In this document: in pieces, positions 9,401-19,206 of the stretch
Layout of the letters: the number at the start of each line of letters is the position of its first letter
Position numbering within the stretch: the first letter of the stretch is position 1
Source: Spirochaetia bacterium
GTDB taxonomy: Bacteria; Spirochaetota; Spirochaetia; UBA9216
DNA length: 64,000 nt
Reading direction: 5' to 3'
Assembly: GCA_963675665.1 (NCBI GenBank)
Contig: OY776510.1
Location: 1,824,001-1,888,000, forward strand
Program-made: the position numbers and the translations under genes
The notes under the pieces: generated by a model
Told to the model about the DNA's origin: nothing
The model's database searches: none
The model's input: only the letters and a program-made list of their open reading frames with translations

Positions 9401-10820
9401 TGATAAAGGCTGAACAGTGTTCGCCGAATTTGAGCGGGTTTTCCGCCTTGATTGCTATGTCCCCGATTTCAGCAGCGCTCCTGATGTTAAGATCTCCTGA
9501 AGCGGATTCCTCAAGAAATGAACCTGTTCCTGCCGAACAGGCTTCGTTCATGGCATAATCAATCGGTACTTTGTGGTTGAGAAGCACATACTTGGCGTCC
9601 TGACCGCCTATTTCGAAAATAGTGTCTACGTCATCGCTGAAGTATGTAGTGCCGTACGCGTGGGCGATAATCTCGTTGTATACGCCGGATGTTTCCAGGA
9701 AAACGCCCAGAATCTCACGTGAAGAACCGGTGGTTGAAGTCAGGCTGATTTTTATTTTTTTATCGCCGATGTCTTCCTTGATTTTTTTCTTTATTTCAAC
9801 GATACAGCCTTTAAGTGCTTTAACCGGATCGCCGTGTGTCCGTCCGTAATGTTCGGCTACAATCTGATCGGTTTCAATATCGATAAGACAGGCCTTGGTT
9901 GTTGTTGAACCTCCGTCGACGCCGAGTATATACTCTTTCCCCGCAACGACCTTGCCCATATCAGCCTTGAAATAGGTAACCTTGTCCATAACGCTGGACA
10001 GTTTGTCGTACCTGGGAAACTTGATTTCATTATTTTTAAGAAGCTTGTCGACGGAAGGCATTGTGCTTCCGTTTGCTTCCGCAAGAAAAGCCGCTCCGTA
10101 TGCTTCAAAATAAGGAGCTTCTTCAGGAATGATAAACTCGATTTCAGGGGCTTTTTCCCTGATGAACCGGATAATATGCTTATTCAGCGTAATTCCACCG
10201 GCAAGAAGGACTTTGCCCTTTTTAATTCTGGCCCTGTTAAGAAAGTCTATAACCTTGGTTGCCATGACATCGCTTAACGAAAGTACAATATCGTCCTTGG
10301 TTGCTTCGCGTTTATTCAGTCTGTGCGTACAGTCTGATTTCATAAACACCGAACATCTGGCCGAAAGAGAAAGTACTTTTGCATTCGGATCAACTCCGGC
10401 TACATCATCAAGGACCATATCCATTCGGCCAAGCTGCTGCTTGAAAAACTCTCCTGTACCTGATGCGCATTTGCTTCCGGTAAAGTTGTTGAGAATCTTG
10501 TTGTTCTTGTCAATTGTATATACGGTCAGATCTTCCCCGCCCATGCTGACAACAGCATCAATGTTGAGTCCCATCTGATTTAAAGCATTCTCAATACATA
10601 CAGTTTCTATGATGCTGTTGATATTGAAAAGATATCTGCCTTCCGTACCGGTTACGATCGCCTTGGCGTCGGAAGAAATTTTTCTTCCCTCTAAAGATTT
10701 CTTTAACGTTGAAACAAAGTCTCCCTCGTGAGGAAGGACGCTGCTCCAGGAAATCTTTCCATCTTCCAGCATAACGACTTTTATGCTTGATGATCCAATG
10801 TTAATTCCTAGATTCTGCAT
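6483..10820 (-). CDS. Fused 2-hydroxyacyl-CoA dehydratase activase (two ASKHA/BcrAD-type ATPase domains plus DUF2229/HgdB-like domains)
   Basis: GINIGSSSIK and GVDGGSTTTK phosphate loops; KCASGTG and MNEACSAGTGSFLE; CKACENDC; FSCAPD; GPCRTGQY. Confidence 0.88.
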   Translation of the reverse strand: MQNLGINIGSSSIKVVMLEDGKISWSSVLPHEGDFVSTLKKSLEGRKISSDAKAIVTGTEGRYLFNINSIIETVCIENALNQMGLNIDAVVSMGGEDLTVYTIDKNNKILNNFTGSKCASGTGEFFKQQLGRMDMVLDDVAGVDPNAKVLSLSARCSVFMKSDCTHRLNKREATKDDIVLSLSDVMATKVIDFLNRARIKKGKVLLAGGITLNKHIIRFIREKAPEIEFIIPEEAPYFEAYGAAFLAEANGSTMPSVDKLLKNNEIKFPRYDKLSSVMDKVTYFKADMGKVVAGKEYILGVDGGSTTTKACLIDIETDQIVAEHYGRTHGDPVKALKGCIVEIKKKIKEDIGDKKIKISLTSTTGSSREILGVFLETSGVYNEIIAHAYGTTYFSDDVDTIFEIGGQDAKYVLLNHKVPIDYAMNEACSAGTGSFLEESASGDLNIRSAAEIGDIAIKAENPLKFGEHCSAFINSDIRKAIQQGAVREDITAGIVTSIVSNYLNRVVGNRTIGNKIFLQGGVAKNKAIPLAFAMMVGKEILVPPSPELMGCFGVGLLAKQKYADGLLEKTDYDLDAILNTEIVYEKEFRCKACENDCPIQVLQVNGHKYMFGGRCSKYTNSRKKIETATDTADFVQRRSDLLFVDCAADPETFVQKRDYTVGIPRAFSVHTLYPLYSWFFHTLGIKTVLSDKIAHDGVARCESTYCFPSEIAHGAVQDIIDKGCDYIFLPHFRDMPSYEADVHANFCPITQGLPYYIKKAFPEIAENKILELVVSFKFGRDKALELFQKLGKQLDISESEIKKAFGVAVQKQEEFLHKLKELGLEALEFARKSEKPVIALLGRPYNAFTREANMGIPKKFTSKNFTVIPYDILPFENEEIYDNMYWYYGQQDMKAARMIKQEDNIYATWISNFSCAPDSFMLHYLKWIMGTKPFLVLELDSHSADAGIDTRVEAFLDIIDGYRSKIENIEQERYDNGLRFKNEGNLFIENINTGEKIPVMNNDRVELIVSNMGEIASELVAAALTAQGFNARSMPVADAKTLEHARNYMSGKECVPSQLVLGGALKFMASPAYRKDKIYALFVPITTGPCRTGQYYVFYENLFKDLRIDNIVVFTLSADNSYNELGPGFSQYVWKAVTATDYLKDMQTTLRACAENSKTAMIEYKKSWKKVVKSVGDNLDSLYPALKQMGHEMAKIPLKKNPLECPKVLIVGEIFVRRDDFAVDELIENFANKGIIAKVSSIAEWIHYTDFVRDYDIKKRIKLKPVILRPFTKEFRTWVYYQIEKKWKASMEHKALHALNVNNLVPSAPHDMNRIMKTVEDNFVNLELNSEIAVSSGSAATAMEEGYSGVVNISPFACLIGRVIQGIYTPWARERNFPTMSVEVDGNQLPPNILNQLNIFMLNVLRFKHDMDIKDLVEDSDTVYSSGLAGMMNDEEKKKELINSK

Positions 10821-10952
10821 TTAGCTATCCTTATATATAAATAAGTTAATATTAGTGTTTTAAAATAGTAAGCTTTCAGCTTAAACAGATGTAATCTATC
10901 ATAAATAGGAGATTGTGTCAGTATATCAGCAACAGGCTGGGATGGAATTCGG

Positions 10953-11597
10953 TCAATTGTGCCTTACAAGCGGATTGGGAAAGCCGATACCGCTCAAAAG
11001 ACTTTTTATATGCGCAATGTCTTCTTTTTTTACTGCCGGAATAATAATACGCATCATACCGCTATCCGATAATTCAAGTTCCGCTTCAAGGCCGGCGTTT
11101 TTAACCTTTTTCAGACAGTTTTGGGCATTATCAGCCCGGGAATATGAGGCAATCTGGATTTTATAACTTTCGGGAATGCCCTCGGGATGGACCTCTTCAG
11201 TTTTTACAAGTGTGTTTTCAGATACGCCTGCCGGAAGCGATACCACCTCAAGCTTTACAAGGGCAATCCCGCTTACAGACATATCTATCTGTTCGGCGGC
11301 TGCATGCGAAAGGTCAATCACCCTGCCGGCAACAAACGGGCCCCGATCGTTGATTCTTACGGTTACGGAACGGTCATTTTGCAGGTTTGTTACTTTTACC
11401 AATGTGTTGAACGGGAGGGTTTTGTGGGCAGCCGTGAGTTTGTTAGTATCGAAGATCTCTCCGTTGGCGGTTTTTCTTCCCTGAAACTTTCCTCCGTACC
11501 AGGAGGCCTGCCCGGTTTCAAAGGCGAAGAGGGGGATAACTGCAAGTATAAATAAAACCGGTATTAATACCGTGATAATTCTGAGGGTTCTGTTCAT
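10953..11597 (-). CDS. rlpA: Septal ring lytic transglycosylase RlpA with C-terminal SPOR domain
   Basis: GQASWYG, TANGE, TAAHKTLPF, INDRGPF, IDLS motifs; SPOR-like YKIQIASYS. Confidence 0.92.
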   Translation of the reverse strand: MNRTLRIITVLIPVLFILAVIPLFAFETGQASWYGGKFQGRKTANGEIFDTNKLTAAHKTLPFNTLVKVTNLQNDRSVTVRINDRGPFVAGRVIDLSHAAAEQIDMSVSGIALVKLEVVSLPAGVSENTLVKTEEVHPEGIPESYKIQIASYSRADNAQNCLKKVKNAGLEAELELSDSGMMRIIIPAVKKEDIAHIKSLLSGIGFPNPLVRHN

Positions 11598-11741
11598 AGG
11601 TTACTTATCGGCAAAAATATGGGATCAATTCAAGAGTAAAGGAATAGCGGATTAGGTATATCCAATTTATTTAGATACTTTTATATTTTGCCCACCTTTA
11701 CCTGTTATAAAATTTCTATTTGCTGTTTTTCTTATCAAGTA

Positions 11742-12965
11742 TTATAAATTTCCATATTCTGATAGATTTCCGGCTTCATCAATGTAAGACTCATTATATT
11801 TGTAAGTATAGTCACCACTTAATGAAAAATTATGAGAAATAGATGGATCTACCCATCCTGAAGAATTTGTAAAGATAAATACAAATCCACCTGATTCATT
11901 TTCAACTTGAACGTCATATTTTGCTTTAAAACAATCATCGCCATTATAGGGATTCATATAGGCTGTTCCATTAGAAACGAAACATGAACTTCTATATTGT
12001 GGTGCTACAGTATCAAGCGTGAAAGTAAAATTCTTTGAAAAAGAACTGATTATGCCTATTCGATCACTGACATCGACATAAAGATTATGAACTCCTTCTT
12101 CTTCTGGCAGTTGAATTGTTTTTGAATTATTATAGTAAAATGAGGTCAGTAGTGTTTCTTTTGAGGGATCAGTCCAAATTTGAACTCTATAAACATTTTG
12201 CATATCACCAGTAAAAACAATATCACGACTATTACTATACCCTTCCTCATTAGACGCATCCAAATCATCTATAAGATAATCCCCATAAATTTCACCCAAA
12301 ACAGAGCAAAATTTTGAATTTGACGGTTCGCTCCATCCATATTTATTTGAAGCAAGAGCTCTTATATAGTATGAGCCAGCTTCTACATTTTCAAACATAA
12401 ACTCTGCTTCAGTCTCAGTTGTCTCATAGAAATGAACAATATTAGTGAAATCTGTTTCAGTTGAAACTTCTATTCTATTTATAAAGTTATCAGGATCATA
12501 ATAATTATAGGTTCTCCATTCAACATATATTCGGGAACTACCGCCTACTGTAGAAGAATAAATATAGGGAGTTGATGGTGTATAGTCATTTGGATCATAT
12601 ACATAAAACGAACCAGAACGTGGGTAATTAGAATCTCCATAAGAATTATAAGAGCATAACTCAAATAAGTACAATTGAGGAGATAGAATACCAACATTTA
12701 TCAAAGTATTATCATTGCCTTCTACAGAAAATTTAAAAATCTGTTCTGATTCGTCAGTTAATAATAATTTATAACCTTCAGCATCAGAAACAGATTCGAA
12801 AGTAAATATAACTTCTTCTCCAATTACATTATATATCTCATAATTACTTGGTGCGGATGGTGGATCTTCAGTTGTCGTATCTGGAGCTTGAATACAACTT
12901 ATAAAGATAAAGATTATCAAGATAATAAATACTAATATCACTTTTTTCAAAATACTGCTCTCCAA
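11742..12965 (-). CDS. Putative surface lipoprotein with fibronectin-III/Ig-like domains in an AT-rich segment
   Basis: Lipobox-like FISC after a hydrophobic stretch; FN3-like strands (YLFELCSYNSYG, YYIRALASNKYGWS), LDTVAP; visibly AT-richer than neighbours. Confidence 0.65.
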   Translation of the reverse strand: MESSILKKVILVFIILIIFIFISCIQAPDTTTEDPPSAPSNYEIYNVIGEEVIFTFESVSDAEGYKLLLTDESEQIFKFSVEGNDNTLINVGILSPQLYLFELCSYNSYGDSNYPRSGSFYVYDPNDYTPSTPYIYSSTVGGSSRIYVEWRTYNYYDPDNFINRIEVSTETDFTNIVHFYETTETEAEFMFENVEAGSYYIRALASNKYGWSEPSNSKFCSVLGEIYGDYLIDDLDASNEEGYSNSRDIVFTGDMQNVYRVQIWTDPSKETLLTSFYYNNSKTIQLPEEEGVHNLYVDVSDRIGIISSFSKNFTFTLDTVAPQYRSSCFVSNGTAYMNPYNGDDCFKAKYDVQVENESGGFVFIFTNSSGWVDPSISHNFSLSGDYTYKYNESYIDEAGNLSEYGNL

Positions 12966-13313
12966 AGTATGTTTACATCATTTAATATTAATAATAACTG
13001 ATTATATCTCCATATATTCTATATCTCAATTAGAATTTTACATTCTTAAAAAAGCTGATCCTGGTTTATGTTTATTTCTATTATTTATGATATTGTCTTT
13101 TTAACAAAAAGCGGGACTTTAGATGAACATTCTATACCACCGATGCTAACTTTGAGCGGAATCGGCATCGGATTGAATGTGGTCAGAGCCATAATCCACA
13201 GGTCAATACAACCAGTTTATGATTTAAACGGCGAACTAACTTCTACTACATATCAACATTTCTTAACTGAGTAACCTGTTCTAATTGGCAGCTTTCATTC
13301 ATTCGTTCGACAG

Positions 13314-13342
13314 TTGATATATTCCTTTTCTATCTATATAAT
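13314..13342 (+). promoter_or_regulatory. Sigma70-type promoter of lysS
   Basis: TTGATA-17 bp-TATAAT, 9 nt before the ATG; no SD. Confidence 0.65.
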
Positions 13343-13351
13343 TTCCGAACT

Positions 13352-14941
13352 ATGAAATCTAATTCGACACACTGGGCCGATATAACGGCTGATAAAATTA
13401 TAAGAGAAAAGGGCAAAAAAGACGTCTATGTCTGTGCTTCTGGTATTACACCTTCGGGAACGGTGCATATAGGGAATTTTCGCGAGATAATTTCGGTGGA
13501 ACTTGTGGTAAGAGCGCTGCGCGAAAAGGGCTGCAACGTAAGGTTTATATACTCCTGGGATGAATACGACGTGTTCCGCAAGGTGCCTGCAAACATGCCA
13601 GAGCAGGAGACCCTGGAAAAATGCCTGAGGCAGCCGATTACTCTTGTGCCTGATGTACTGGGAAATGAAGAGAGTTACGCGCGGGCCAATGAAAAAAGGC
13701 TGGAAGTTCTGCTGCCGTCGGTAGGCGTTATCCCTGAATATATCTACCAGGCTGCCGAATATCGTAAGGGAAGGTATGCCCCGGGAATGAAAACGGCGCT
13801 CGAAAAGCGTTCCAAAATTATAGATATCCTGAATGAACACCGCACAGCGCCGCTCGCTGAAGACTGGATGCCGGTAAGCGTTTTCTGTACAGCCTGTAAT
13901 CGCGACACTACAAAGGTTGAAAGTTTCGACGGCGACTGGAGCATAAACTACAGTTGCGAGTCATGCGGAAACAGGGAAAATCTTGACCTTCGAAATACGG
14001 GCGCAGCAAAGCTGCCCTGGAGAATCGACTGGCCCATGAGATGGAAAGAAGAGGGTGTTGATTTTGAACCGGCGGGGAAAGATCATCACTCCGAAGGCGG
14101 ATCATTTGATACTGCCGAGATGGTGGTTGAGAAGATTTACGGAGGAACTCCTCCGGTAAGTTTTCAGTATGATTTTATCAGGATAAAGGGACGCGGCGGA
14201 AAAATATCGTCTTCATCAGGCGAAGTCGTCAGCTTGCCCGACGTGCTTGAAGTTTATCAGCCCGAAGTTGTCCGTTATATGTTTGCCGGAACAAGGCCGA
14301 ATACGGAATTTGCAATCTCGTTTGATCTTGATGTATTAAAAATCTATGAAGATTACGATAAATGCGAAAGAACGTACTACAATAAGCCCGATTCTGAAAA
14401 AGCCCTTAAAAAATGGGAAAAGCAGGCCAGGATCTATGAGCTTTCCCAGGTAGACAAGCCGGAAGCGGAGATGCCGTATCAGATTCAAATCAGGCACCTT
14501 TGCAACCTGCTTCAGATTCAGTCCGGGGATATCGGGAAGGTAATAGAGAATCTGGGTGATGTTGCCGATAATCAGAAAGCCAAGCTCGGAAAACGTGCGG
14601 AATGCGCCTGGAACTGGGTAAAGGAATTTGCACCGGATGATTTCAGGTTTGAAATTAAAGCGTTGGGCGATAAACCGGCTGATGTTACCGAAGCCCAGGC
14701 AGGAGCCCTTGGGTATCTGGCTGAGGCGGTCAGGGATAAAATGGATGTGATGGATGAGAAGGAATTCAGCACTAACGTATATGCCGCGGCTGAAGAATTC
14801 GGTCTTGATTCAGCTGAGTTTTTCCCGGCCGTTTATCTGGCGCTTATAGGAAAGAGCAAGGGGCCGAGGCTTGTCGGGTTTCTTTATGCTATCGGAAGCG
14901 AAAGGGTCTATTCTCTTCTTTCCGTTTACGGCAGGAAATAA
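13352..14941 (+). CDS. lysS: Lysine--tRNA ligase, class I
   Basis: HWAD, SGITPSGTVHIGNFRE (HIGH-like), KLPWRIDWPMRW, EPAGKDH, KISSS (KMSKS-like), two CxxC. Confidence 0.97.
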   Translation: MKSNSTHWADITADKIIREKGKKDVYVCASGITPSGTVHIGNFREIISVELVVRALREKGCNVRFIYSWDEYDVFRKVPANMPEQETLEKCLRQPITLVPDVLGNEESYARANEKRLEVLLPSVGVIPEYIYQAAEYRKGRYAPGMKTALEKRSKIIDILNEHRTAPLAEDWMPVSVFCTACNRDTTKVESFDGDWSINYSCESCGNRENLDLRNTGAAKLPWRIDWPMRWKEEGVDFEPAGKDHHSEGGSFDTAEMVVEKIYGGTPPVSFQYDFIRIKGRGGKISSSSGEVVSLPDVLEVYQPEVVRYMFAGTRPNTEFAISFDLDVLKIYEDYDKCERTYYNKPDSEKALKKWEKQARIYELSQVDKPEAEMPYQIQIRHLCNLLQIQSGDIGKVIENLGDVADNQKAKLGKRAECAWNWVKEFAPDDFRFEIKALGDKPADVTEAQAGALGYLAEAVRDKMDVMDEKEFSTNVYAAAEEFGLDSAEFFPAVYLALIGKSKGPRLVGFLYAIGSERVYSLLSVYGRK

Positions 14942-15015
14942 TTTTTATTATTCTGGAAAAAGAATAAATGGTGATATAAGATTAATATTATATAGATTGT
15001 AAAGTATGAACAAAG

Positions 15016-15390
15016 ATGAAAACTAAAGCTATTATTGCTGAAGATGAAAGTATTTTAAGATTATTTCTCTCAATGACCCTTTCCGCGTTCGGGGTTGATA
15101 TAAAATATGAGGCTCAGAACGGTGCTGAAGCTGTGAAAGCCGTACGGGAACACAATCCCGATGTTGCCTTTCTTGATATTAATATGGATTCAAAGGAAGA
15201 CGGTCTCGATGCCTGTGAGGCAATAAAATCGGAATATCCGGAGACCAAAGTCTATTTTATTTCAGCTTACCCGGAACGTGTTTTTCAGAATCGACTTAAG
15301 TCTCTGAGTTATGACGGCTATCTCGAAAAGCCCGTTAACAAAGAGTTTCTGAAAACTTTTCTTATAAATAATTCTTTAATAACAGTTTAA
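15016..15390 (+). CDS. Stand-alone response regulator receiver protein
   Basis: IIAEDE, FLDINM, ISAY, EKP motifs. Confidence 0.9.
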   Translation: MKTKAIIAEDESILRLFLSMTLSAFGVDIKYEAQNGAEAVKAVREHNPDVAFLDINMDSKEDGLDACEAIKSEYPETKVYFISAYPERVFQNRLKSLSYDGYLEKPVNKEFLKTFLINNSLITV

Positions 15391-16586
15391 TATCTGAACC
15401 AATCCAGAAGCCTTCTTAACAGGGTTCCTTTATCTGTGTTCTCGGCTGCAGTCAGAATTCCCGACTGAAGAACTTCATTATTACCGAGATGTAATTCCCA
15501 TCGGCCGATAATGCTTCCGGCGGTCACCGGAAGTTTGATATCGTTGTAATATGTTTTAAATTCAAGTTCATCTATGGCTGCTGTTTCGATTAATTCTCTG
15601 GTCGGCATGCTGAACCTGACGCCAAGCAGCGGTTTCGCTGCGCCGCGAAGCGGGATTGTTTTATCCCCGGGAGGAACAGGCGTATAAGCTGTCCAGGCAT
15701 GGAAACCGTAGGTTAAAAGAACTGCGGCGTCAAACGCCCTTCGCAGTCCGCCGTCCGACGCGGTTGTTCCGGGACCGCCCATTGTAACAAGAATAAGCCT
15801 TCTTCCGTTCTGCTCGGCGGTTACGGCGAAATTATAGCCTGATTCGTCTATATACCCGGTTTTGAGCCCGTCGACACCCGGCATTCTGCCGATCAGCAGG
15901 TTGTGATTAGGCTGGGTTATCGGGCCGTAAACGGATTCACCGGAAGGCGGAAGATTTTCGGGTTTCGGATAGGTAAAGTTCCGTTGTGTATGCAGGTCTT
16001 CAAAATAATTGAGATTTTCATCAATATAGATGCGGCAGAACGAAGCGTATTCGCGTGCAGTCGTGATATTCTTTTCCGACAATCCTGAGGAATCATCAAA
16101 ATGGGTTTTGTTCATTCCAAGACGTTCAGCTTCCTTGTTCATCAAACCTACGAAATCGGCAACGCTGCCGGCGAGAAATTCCGCAACGGCAATTCCCGCG
16201 TCGTTGCCCGAAGGCAGAGCCAGCCCCTGCATGAGCTCCATCAGGGTAACCTTCTGCCCCTGCTCAATAAACATCAGTGAAGAGCGCGGAGGAAGGTTTC
16301 TGAAGTCGGCATTTTCAGATATCGGAACAATGGTGTCGGGCGAAACCTTGCCGTCTTTGATAAAACCCGAAATCACATATAAAGTCATCAGTTTCGTCAT
16401 TGACGCCGGCGGCGCAGGGTTGTCGGCATTTTTCTCAAATAATACCTTGCCGGTTTCAGCATCAATAAGGATAGCGGATTCTGCATTTATCAGGGGGGCG
16501 GGAGTTTTGGGAGCTGAGAATAACGTAACCGGTATTAAAACAGCTACTAACAGGATAATAAGTATACAACTCAGGATCTTTTTCAT
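15387..16586 (-). CDS. D-alanyl-D-alanine carboxypeptidase (peptidase S11)
   Basis: SMTK (SxxK), SGN (SxN), KTG motifs; signal peptide from MKKILSC. Confidence 0.92.
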   Translation of the reverse strand: MKKILSCILIILLVAVLIPVTLFSAPKTPAPLINAESAILIDAETGKVLFEKNADNPAPPASMTKLMTLYVISGFIKDGKVSPDTIVPISENADFRNLPPRSSLMFIEQGQKVTLMELMQGLALPSGNDAGIAVAEFLAGSVADFVGLMNKEAERLGMNKTHFDDSSGLSEKNITTAREYASFCRIYIDENLNYFEDLHTQRNFTYPKPENLPPSGESVYGPITQPNHNLLIGRMPGVDGLKTGYIDESGYNFAVTAEQNGRRLILVTMGGPGTTASDGGLRRAFDAAVLLTYGFHAWTAYTPVPPGDKTIPLRGAAKPLLGVRFSMPTRELIETAAIDELEFKTYYNDIKLPVTAGSIIGRWELHLGNNEVLQSGILTAAENTDKGTLLRRLLDWFRY

Positions 16587-16626
16587 GAAAGCAGTATTAC
16601 AGTAATCCGTTGCTGAATGCAAGGGT

Positions 16627-17898
16627 TTAAAAGTCATGAAGGCTTTGTTCTATTTCATACATTAAATCTTCAGGCAGGAGTTGCGACGGGGCAAAATCCA
16701 TCAGGTTAATATACATTTTTTCTTTTTCCTCATCTGAAACAGGCACTATGTCTGTTACAGATCTGCTGCCCTTCGACATGTCGGAACCTGAAGCATGATA
16801 AGGTCTGACGGCCGGGTCTCCCATGGTTATAATACCCAGAAACCATGTATCGTCGGCATACCCTTCGGTATTGTACCACGATTTAAAAGCTGCGCCCCAG
16901 CAGGCCCCAAGCCCCAGTGATTTATGAAACTCAACCGGATAATATACTCCGCCGGTTTTTGTCGAGCCGAGGATGGCAATGCATGAATCGGTTTGGGTAA
17001 GGTAGTAATCAGCAAGGTTGTTTACAGTGTATCTTGCAGCCTGACAATCAAACAGGTTATAGAAATTTCCTTTAACATTATTATTTGCTATATCTTCGGT
17101 TTTTATAATTTCGTAATTGTCGTCGACATCTATAAAAAGTGCGGGCGGAAAGGCATGAATCCACTGATAAACATATTCAGATCCCCCGGATGTCAGTTTG
17201 TCCAGATATGCTGATTTTGTAGTGTTACCGTCATCCTGGTAGAGTTCAACCGAACCGTATATTGAATCCAGCCCGAAATCGTTATTCCGGTAGTTTTTAT
17301 GCCAGTCGTCGTCCTTGAAAATGAATGCTCCATCGTAAACAGGTGTGGAATTCGAACGGATTCGATAATTATGAAGCTTGTCGAAATAAAAATTAATCTC
17401 ATCTGCAGTTCCGTCTATTCTTGATACATAAAAGTCAATTGCAAGATCACTGTGAGAATCAAAATACCCGTTGCTGTCGGTATCGAGCCAGTTTGCATCA
17501 AGATCCATATAATAAAGATCCGTAGGAAACACCTCGTAGGTTCCGAAGGCGGTCTGTTCATACCAGACGGGCGGAATGTCCCCGATAAAAAAACCGCATT
17601 CTGCTTTTCCATTATATGATTGAAGGAGTAATTTCAATTCATAAGAATCTTCCGCGGGATCCAGCAATATTATATTTGAAGCAATTCCGTCTTTTGAGAT
17701 ATCCGTGCAGTAGGTTTTAATTCTGCTTTCAGTTTGGTCATAGATCGATTCATTTACTATCACCAGTACTGTATTCGGAAGATACTCGTCCGGTGTGAGA
17801 GATGGTTCAAGTACAAACAGTGAACAGCCCGATAGAACAGCAAAGGTCAGAACAACAATTGCCGGAGAAAGAAATGCTGCTGTTCGGGATGCCTTCAT
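16627..17898 (-). CDS. Lipoprotein with probable peptidase C25 (gingipain-like) fold
   Basis: LSGC lipobox; FIGDIP, PTDLYYMDLD, VSRI, His (WIHA) and Cys (FDCQ), GDP motifs resemble C25. Confidence 0.55.
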   Translation of the reverse strand: MKASRTAAFLSPAIVVLTFAVLSGCSLFVLEPSLTPDEYLPNTVLVIVNESIYDQTESRIKTYCTDISKDGIASNIILLDPAEDSYELKLLLQSYNGKAECGFFIGDIPPVWYEQTAFGTYEVFPTDLYYMDLDANWLDTDSNGYFDSHSDLAIDFYVSRIDGTADEINFYFDKLHNYRIRSNSTPVYDGAFIFKDDDWHKNYRNNDFGLDSIYGSVELYQDDGNTTKSAYLDKLTSGGSEYVYQWIHAFPPALFIDVDDNYEIIKTEDIANNNVKGNFYNLFDCQAARYTVNNLADYYLTQTDSCIAILGSTKTGGVYYPVEFHKSLGLGACWGAAFKSWYNTEGYADDTWFLGIITMGDPAVRPYHASGSDMSKGSRSVTDIVPVSDEEKEKMYINLMDFAPSQLLPEDLMYEIEQSLHDF

Positions 17899-18005
17899 GC
17901 TAATAATTATATGTTCATCTTTTCAGTAATCAAGAATATATAGGTATTTTTTTAAAAACAGGTTATGATATATGTATATTAGAATCAGCAATGAGGAGAA
18001 AAAAT

Positions 18006-19172
18006 ATGAAAAGTTTTAAACGTCCTGCAAGTATTCTGTTTTTTACGATAATCATGCTGATAGCGCCGATTCTAACGGTTCTTGCCAACGCGTTTATCAA
18101 CATACTTCCTCTCTGGGGGGCCGGTAATCTTTTTGCCAGAATGACAGTTTCGGATATCATTATTCTGTTAATATATCCTTTGGCCGCCGTTTCCATCTAT
18201 ACTGTAACAAAAGCCGGGTGGTGGATTTTCATTGCTTCGGCAATCAGTATTTTTGTTTATAATATTGCCGCATATATAAATAACCCGATGATTTCGTTAA
18301 TCGGCGTTTTTCTTTTTAATCTGCTGCTGTTTGTTGCCGCGGGTTTCTTTTTCAGAAAGCATATTATTGCTCCGTACTTCAACCCGCGTCTGCGGTGGTG
18401 GGAGCAGGCCAGCCGTTATGACATAAACCTGGGGGTATCGCTTGAATACAGCGATTCGTATGAACTCGGATATCTTGAGGATGTTTCATTGGGCGGATGT
18501 TTTATAAGAATTTCCGAGAATATCAAAATCGGGCATGTCTATCAGCTCAGGTTATCATTGGGAAATGAAATGTCCATATCGGTAAAGGGCAGAATAATGA
18601 GAAGCGTTTTTGACGACTGCAGTCTGCCCGGATACGGAGTGATGTTTTCCAACCTTACGGAAACTGAAAAAGACGGTCTGCTGAATATGATATCCGGTCT
18701 GAATAAAATTGGAATCGGTGAAAACGGCGTAAGCGGCGAAGGCAAGACCGAATCCATTAATCAGCGTGCTTATGATCGCTATACGGTGAACATCAGTATT
18801 TCTTTTCGCTACAAGGGTGAAATATTGCCTGCAAAGCTTATCAATCTTTCAAGTACGGGAGCTTGCCTTGAAACAATGCTGGATATGGAGATGGGGGAAT
18901 TCTGCGGTTTTTACTGTACCCTTGGGTATAATTCAGCAGACGTGGACGGAGTAATCAAATGGAAAAGAAAGCTTGAGCATCACCGTCACTATGGAATAGC
19001 ATTTATAAATGAATCCAAAAGGCAGAAAGCCGATATAAGTCAAATTCTGGGCACCATAAAAGCTCTCGGCGGCAAAATCAGGCCCCGCGACCGGAAAGAA
19101 TACGACAAGCTTGTTGAGAAGACCCTGCCAGGAACACCGTATAGAATTTTCCAGAAATCCAGGAAAATTTAG
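18006..19172 (+). CDS. Membrane protein with two PilZ domains
   Basis: About 4 N-terminal TM helices, YFNPRLRWWE linker, DVSLGG; RAYDR plus NLSSTGA; SD AGGAG before 18006. Confidence 0.8.
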   Translation: MKSFKRPASILFFTIIMLIAPILTVLANAFINILPLWGAGNLFARMTVSDIIILLIYPLAAVSIYTVTKAGWWIFIASAISIFVYNIAAYINNPMISLIGVFLFNLLLFVAAGFFFRKHIIAPYFNPRLRWWEQASRYDINLGVSLEYSDSYELGYLEDVSLGGCFIRISENIKIGHVYQLRLSLGNEMSISVKGRIMRSVFDDCSLPGYGVMFSNLTETEKDGLLNMISGLNKIGIGENGVSGEGKTESINQRAYDRYTVNISISFRYKGEILPAKLINLSSTGACLETMLDMEMGEFCGFYCTLGYNSADVDGVIKWKRKLEHHRHYGIAFINESKRQKADISQILGTIKALGGKIRPRDRKEYDKLVEKTLPGTPYRIFQKSRKI

Positions 19173-19206
19173 GGTAACTGTCTGCGGGATTGCATTCTAA
19201 AATGCT

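Noticed and set aside
6483-10820. 1445-aa multi-domain activase fusion
   Set aside because: This architecture is widespread in anaerobes; nothing locus-specific is visible here.
13068-13274. 68-aa ORF as a bona fide gene
   Set aside because: No recognisable family or SD; mentioned only as a possible fragment.
13352-14941. Class I (archaeal-type) LysRS as a horizontal transfer novelty
   Set aside because: Class I LysRS is the established form in most spirochaetes; used only as a taxonomic hint.
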